IMG/VR virus record: IMGVR_UViG_3300033273_000833
Coordinates: 96,001 to 160,000 of that record
Length of the DNA: 64,000 nt
DNA from: a virus
Lineage: Duplodnaviria; Caudoviricetes
Strand: one strand, 5' to 3'
Of the stretch, positions 59,710-64,000 are shown in pieces; positions within the stretch are counted from its first letter, which is position 1, and the number at the start of each line of letters is the position of its first letter. Both the position numbers and the translations under genes were made by a program. The notes beneath the pieces are model-generated. The model made no database searches, was not told the DNA's origin, and saw only the letters and a list, made by a program, of their open reading frames with translations.

Positions 59710-59876
59710 GGGAATTTTTTGTTTATTATTTTTATTAATGGTTCGGTATTGCCAGATTTTATGTAGTCTGCGGGATATCCTCCTTTTAAATCTTTATTAG
59801 GCTCTCCAAGCCATATTGCTGCATCGCGAGGACCAAGGTGATCACATAATCGTTGGAAAATTTGAAATTTATTCAT
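59688..59876 (-). CDS. Xre/MbcA/ParS antitoxin C-terminal domain-like protein
   Basis: DAAIWLGEPNKDLKGGYPADYI matches the A..WL..PN..L.G..P.D pattern. Confidence 0.6.
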   Translation of the reverse strand: MNKFQIFQRLCDHLGPRDAAIWLGEPNKDLKGGYPADYIKSGNTEPLIKIINKKFPCSKKGK

Positions 59877-59885
59877 TATAATTGA

Positions 59886-59899
59886 TTACACTAGTGTAA
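59886..59899. promoter_or_regulatory. Perfect palindrome TTACACTAGTGTAA: two back-to-back GTGTAA motifs between divergent genes
   Basis: 9 nt to the minus-strand ATG (59876) and 16 nt to the phoH ATG (59916). Confidence 0.7.
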
Positions 59900-59915
59900 A
59901 TTTTATTTTAATAAT

Positions 59916-60644
59916 ATGCCACGTAAAAAAACTACGAAAAAAGAAGAGGCGTTCAAAATCCCTCAATTAGCTAGCCCAGGTTTTAAAGTTGAAAATAAAA
60001 AATTAACTGAAAGACAAAAAGAGTTCCTATCCCTTTCTTTAGATCAAGATACGCGCATAATGTTTGTATGCGGGCCAGCAGGAAGTTCAAAAACTTATAT
60101 GGCTGTTTATTCCGCATTAAGGCATTTAAGCAATAATGATGATTATGATTTAATGTATATTAGAACTGTAATTGAAAGTGCTGATAAGGGGCTTGGCGCT
60201 TTACCAGGCGATATTGCGGATAAATTTAATCCATATATAGCTCCTTTAAAAGATAAATTAGATGAAATGCTACCAGCTAAAAATACTGCACCCTCAGTCA
60301 TGAAAGAATTAATGGATCAAAGAGTAGATGCGCTACCCATTAACTTCCTTAGGGGCGCTAACTGGATTAATAAAATAGTTGTAGCAGACGAGGCTCAAAA
60401 CTTTACTTTCAAGGAATTAACAACTCTCGTAACGCGATTAGGTGAAAATAGCAAACTATTCATTTGTGGAGATTTTATGCAGAGTGATATTAATGGAAAA
60501 AGCGGCTTCGGGCCAATGTACGATATCTTTGATGACGAAGATAGTAAATTGAAAGGCATTCATTGCTTTCGATTTACAAAAGATGACATCATGCGAGATG
60601 AATTACTTAAATTTATTATTGGAAAACTTGAAAATAGAAAATAA
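59916..60644 (+). CDS. phoH: PhoH family ATPase
   Basis: GPAGSSKT, LGALPGD..DKFNPY, PINFLRG, VADEAQN, TRLGENSK, GDFMQSD. Confidence 0.92.
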   Translation: MPRKKTTKKEEAFKIPQLASPGFKVENKKLTERQKEFLSLSLDQDTRIMFVCGPAGSSKTYMAVYSALRHLSNNDDYDLMYIRTVIESADKGLGALPGDIADKFNPYIAPLKDKLDEMLPAKNTAPSVMKELMDQRVDALPINFLRGANWINKIVVADEAQNFTFKELTTLVTRLGENSKLFICGDFMQSDINGKSGFGPMYDIFDDEDSKLKGIHCFRFTKDDIMRDELLKFIIGKLENRK

Positions 60645-60662
60645 AGGTGTATATCTTTATAT

Positions 60663-61229
60663 ATGGAGCTAGTCGCAGCAATAATAGGAGCAATATCTAC
60701 GCTATTTGGGGTATATTTAACCCATAAGCTAAGGGTATCTAAGGATCCTTTACCTAAAGATATAGATAGAAATGATAACATTTATACTGCTTTATCGTAT
60801 CTTATTGAAGAAACTGAAGCTGATAGATGCTATGTATATGAATTTCATAATGGGGATTATTATTACAGTGGAAATTCTCAACAAAAATTCAGCAATACAT
60901 ATGAAATAGTCGAAGAAGGTATTAGTTCTGAGTCAGAAAGAGAGCAAAATTTAAGAGTATCAAGTTATAACTTTTTTATTAAACAATTAATTAATGAAGG
61001 TGGAGTTTGTTACGCAAATACAGAAAAAATACCCGACCCTTTGTTTAAGGAAAGAATGCATAATAAAGGTATAGTTAGCATTTCTTGCGTACCAATTAAG
61101 TTGTTGAATGGGAAAATAATAGGTATTTTGGGGGTAGATTACGTAAAGCATAAAAATAAATGCGATGAAACTATGTTTCAATTACTGAGAAATCAAGCTA
61201 GAATTATTAGCGGTTACTTAGGCGAATAG
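60663..61229 (+). CDS. N-terminal TM plus GAF-like domain protein (T4 gpT holin-like architecture)
   Basis: MELVAAIIGAISTLFGVYL TM; ADRCYVYEFHNG, SISCVPI, IGILGVDY. Confidence 0.55.
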   Translation: MELVAAIIGAISTLFGVYLTHKLRVSKDPLPKDIDRNDNIYTALSYLIEETEADRCYVYEFHNGDYYYSGNSQQKFSNTYEIVEEGISSESEREQNLRVSSYNFFIKQLINEGGVCYANTEKIPDPLFKERMHNKGIVSISCVPIKLLNGKIIGILGVDYVKHKNKCDETMFQLLRNQARIISGYLGE

Positions 61230-61262
61230 TTGAATTTTAATTAAATAATTATATAATTAACT

Positions 61263-61613
61263 ATGAATATAGTTTATTGTACTAGTTGTGGCCACAAAAT
61301 CGAATATACATCTCCTTCGCCAAAATTTTGTCCTTCATGTGGTAGTAGTATGGGTAACTCAAGCGCGTCTGTAGCTAGCAGCGCCTCAGTCGAAAATACT
61401 ATTGTTGAAGAAAAGATACCATCTATATCTAAATTAGAATATGAGATAGATGCAAGCAATGGAAATCGAGTAATCTCAGGAAGCGATATACAAAATATAT
61501 CAGAATCTCCTAAAAGAAAAATTTCCAATAGCCAAGGAGGCAATGAAGATCTTATCAAAGAAGGTATGCAGTTATGTAGGCAAAGTAAAAAGCAGACCGA
61601 TATTGATGGGTAG
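61263..61613 (+). CDS. Zinc-ribbon protein
   Basis: YCTSCG...KFCPSCG; promoter TTGAAT(61230)-16-TATAAT. Confidence 0.7.
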   Translation: MNIVYCTSCGHKIEYTSPSPKFCPSCGSSMGNSSASVASSASVENTIVEEKIPSISKLEYEIDASNGNRVISGSDIQNISESPKRKISNSQGGNEDLIKEGMQLCRQSKKQTDIDG

Positions 61614-62322
61614 AAAAAAGAAACTTAAATACGAAGATTGCGTAGATGTAATTGATAACGAACTACGTAAAAGGAAGCACAAGTGGAGACTGCATGCGCT
61701 TGCATGGATGGATTATGACGATGTTCAGCAAATTATAAGAGCTCATATTTATAAAAAATGGGATCAATGGGACCAAAAGAGGGGACTGGCTCCTTGGATA
61801 AATAAAATTATATCCAATCAAATTAAAAATATATTCAGGAATTACTATACTAATTTTGCAAGACCATGCCTGAACTGTCCTTTTGCGCAGTCATCTGCCA
61901 GTGAACATGAAGAGGGTCATACAGGATTATGCGGATTTACCCCAAGCGGCGTACAATGTTCAGAGTGCCCGCTATACTCAAAGTGGGAAAAAACTAAAAA
62001 AAGCGCTCATGACATAAAAATGCCCTTAGCTCTAGAGCATCATCCCCAAGAAGTTTATAATATATCAGAGCAGTTAACAGATATTTCCGACGCTGAAAAA
62101 AAGTTGCATACTCTTATGCGCACTAAATTGTCTGAAAAGCATTATATTATTTATGATATGATTTACATTCAACATATGCCAGAGGATAAAGTTGCCGAAA
62201 AAATGGGATATAAGAGTAACGAAAAAGGAAGAAAAGCTGGGTACAAACAATTAAAAAATTTAAAAAAGATTTTTGTGGAAAAAGCGAAAGAAATTATTGA
62301 CAAGAAAGATATTATAATATGA
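61606..62322 (+). CDS. ECF-like phage RNA polymerase sigma factor with a Cys-rich insert
   Basis: Region 2-like YDDVQQIIRAHIYKKWDQWD..GLAPWINKIISNQIKNIFR; region 4-like LSEKHYIIYDMIYIQHMPEDKVAEKMG; CLNC..C..CSEC between them. Confidence 0.7.
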   Translation: MGRKKKLKYEDCVDVIDNELRKRKHKWRLHALAWMDYDDVQQIIRAHIYKKWDQWDQKRGLAPWINKIISNQIKNIFRNYYTNFARPCLNCPFAQSSASEHEEGHTGLCGFTPSGVQCSECPLYSKWEKTKKSAHDIKMPLALEHHPQEVYNISEQLTDISDAEKKLHTLMRTKLSEKHYIIYDMIYIQHMPEDKVAEKMGYKSNEKGRKAGYKQLKNLKKIFVEKAKEIIDKKDIII

Positions 62323-63380
62323 GTAAAATAACATTAACAGATGCGCAAAAAGAATATTTAAGGGAAAATCATAAAAAAATTCCTGATCTAATTAAATTGA
62401 CTCAAAATACATTTTTAGATGAAAGCTTAGATGGGCGATCTAAAGAAGGTCGAGCTGTCAAAGATTTTCTCGTTGAGGAAAATCTAGACTACAATACGAC
62501 AAAAAAAGAAAAAAAGGGACCAGTTGAACTTACTGATGAACAAAAAGACGAAATCTTAGACTTGGCTGAAGATGGCTTAAACTCTTTTCAAATTGCTCAA
62601 ATAATATTCCCTGAGGATGAAGTAAAAAAATTATCAACAGAACAACGCACCGTTATGGCTTATATTAAAGATGTAGCGCCAGATCTTTTGCAAAAAGATG
62701 AAAAACCAAGAGTCAGGGAAAAATATCAACCACCATCCGAATTGAATCACGTATTAGCATTAATATCCGCTCACACTGGAGACGACATTAATCCTGAGGA
62801 ATTAGGATTGGTTGAGAAAAAGTCGGCAGAAAAAATGCTATTATTCTTATCTGCTCCTAGGTTTCTAAATACAATAAATAATTATAGAGATAAAGATGAT
62901 AGAGATTTGTTTGAAGCTGAGTTTGTTAGGGCTACTTGGGGCAAACCAGATTTAACTACCGATGAAATTAATTTATACATTAATGTTTGTATTGATTATA
63001 TTAACCTTAGGAACATAAGTAGAAATATCGAAAAGCTAAATAGAATGTTTAATGAGGCTGACTCTCAACAAGAAATGACCGTAAGGCTCGCAGAACTCCT
63101 CAAGACAAAAAGTGAGGAGTATGATAAATGCGAAAAAAGAATGGAGTCTTTGATTAAAAAATTGAATGGTGATCGAGCAAGAAGATTAGAAAACCGTCAA
63201 TCTCAAAACGCATCTATACTTTCATTAGTTGAAACATTCCAGAATGAAAAAGAAAGAGCTGTTATGGTTCGAATGGCAGAAATGCAAAAGAAATTAGTTA
63301 AAGAAGAGGCTGATCGCATGGAGTCCATGGATTCGTGGAAAGCTAGAATACTAGGACTATCTAAAGACGATGCAATATAA
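62319..63380 (+). CDS. Hypothetical protein with an HTH-like segment and C-terminal coiled coil
   Basis: LTDEQKDEILDLAEDGLNSFQIAQ; heptad-rich C-terminus. Confidence 0.6.
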   Translation: MSKITLTDAQKEYLRENHKKIPDLIKLTQNTFLDESLDGRSKEGRAVKDFLVEENLDYNTTKKEKKGPVELTDEQKDEILDLAEDGLNSFQIAQIIFPEDEVKKLSTEQRTVMAYIKDVAPDLLQKDEKPRVREKYQPPSELNHVLALISAHTGDDINPEELGLVEKKSAEKMLLFLSAPRFLNTINNYRDKDDRDLFEAEFVRATWGKPDLTTDEINLYINVCIDYINLRNISRNIEKLNRMFNEADSQQEMTVRLAELLKTKSEEYDKCEKRMESLIKKLNGDRARRLENRQSQNASILSLVETFQNEKERAVMVRMAEMQKKLVKEEADRMESMDSWKARILGLSKDDAI

Positions 63381-63945
63381 ATACGTACAGCCTCAAAGAA
63401 TTACTACTGTATACGATCAGTTGTTTACAGCCAATTCAGTCCTTTCTAAGGAGGGTTGTAGTTACTTAATTGACTCTTATTCAAATAAATGCAAGCAAGC
63501 GACTGTAGTAGGTTCTAATGAAGGTAGCCGTAATAATTTACATACTATCGCAGAAGCATCTCACCCTGTCATCAAAGAGATTAAAAAATATTGCAGTCAG
63601 ATAACTAAAACTAATATTAATTTTCAAGAAGAAGTTCAATTTGTAAAATATGACCCCTCTATGTATTATGGCGAACACTATGATTTCTTTGAGAATACCA
63701 GATCTGTCATAGGTAACAGTTTTGGGAAACAAAGATTGTTTAGCATTTTATTCTATTTAAACGATGGCAAAGAAGGTGGGGAGACACGGTTTCCAAACTT
63801 TAAAATATCTTTCACCCCTAAAGCTGGTAGAATGTTAATGTGGAAAAATTTAAAAAATAATCAATTAAATTATGATATGCTTCATGAGTCTAAGCCAACA
63901 AAAGACTGGACGAAATACGCTCTAATATTATGGATCAGGACTTAG
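63370..63945 (+). CDS. 2OG-Fe(II) oxygenase, prolyl 4-hydroxylase-like
   Basis: QFVKY, HYDFF (HxD), YLND..EGGETRF, LHES.P...TKY. Confidence 0.85.
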   Translation: MQYKYVQPQRITTVYDQLFTANSVLSKEGCSYLIDSYSNKCKQATVVGSNEGSRNNLHTIAEASHPVIKEIKKYCSQITKTNINFQEEVQFVKYDPSMYYGEHYDFFENTRSVIGNSFGKQRLFSILFYLNDGKEGGETRFPNFKISFTPKAGRMLMWKNLKNNQLNYDMLHESKPTKDWTKYALILWIRT

Positions 63946-64000
63946 ATTATACATGCAAAGTTTGTAATAAATCTTTTAAATCTGAAAGAGCATTGCATAT

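Larger units (their letters stand above)
4887..60652. promoter_or_regulatory. GTGTA(A/T) motif 8-16 nt upstream of start codons: candidate phage-specific late/middle promoter
   Basis: 4887, 10934, 10904-10909(-), 13786, 16768, 17293, 22831, 34821, 38085, 56536, 58628-58633(-), 59886-59891(-), 59894, 60647; also 8230 at 27 nt. Confidence 0.65.

Noticed and set aside
246-63732. Many ORF-track entries nested in or antisense to longer genes (e.g. 2901-3101, 7736-8158, 20963-21250, 39886-40209, 49336-49551, 53807-54145, 57870-58124)
   Set aside because: They are shadow frames of well-supported genes and have no independent expression signals
1-64000. Stop-codon reassignment, as seen in some large phages
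   Set aside because: Known enzymes are full length under code 11, and TAA, TAG and TGA are all used as stops
1-64000. tRNA genes, DGR/retron reverse transcriptase, transposases
   Set aside because: No GTTCGAATC-type T-arm in a cloverleaf context and no YADD/RT or DDE motifs were noticed; a tRNAscan-SE run would be decisive

Overview
A 64-kb segment of a large, AT-rich lytic dsDNA phage (rIIA/rIIB, GP88-like, dNMP kinase, PhoH, GIY-YIG, over 100 tiny ORFs, standard code, no tRNA or CRISPR seen). A DUF1549/DUF1553 + DUF1501 pair and two SHD1-like domains point to a PVC-superphylum host, probably Verrucomicrobia (inference). Layout: (1) 1-8 kb nucleotide-sugar cluster (gmd, fcl, perosamine-synthase-like aminotransferase, formyltransferase, epimerase); (2) 8-31 kb auxiliary/metabolic and repair genes (PPase, two AdoMetDC paralogs, a Bpt/ATE-like aminoacyl transferase, RuvB, UvsE, macro domain); (3) 31-56 kb dense early-type region driven by dozens of sigma70 promoters, most apparently leaderless, with an AT-rich non-coding block, a boxA-preceded structured ncRNA resembling the manA RNA motif, and 11 or more copies of an unexplained 29-bp imperfect palindrome (13-3-13; YGCAATTATATGA-nnn-TCAACRACTTA) that punctuate gene cassettes, often in pairs 48 bp apart, and keep one genomic polarity even where transcription flips; (4) after a C/G-rich inverted repeat at about 56.4 kb, late-type genes preceded by a second promoter-like motif (GTGTAW) and an ECF-like phage sigma factor with a Cys-rich insert. 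All calls are from motif recognition by eye; no database searches were run.
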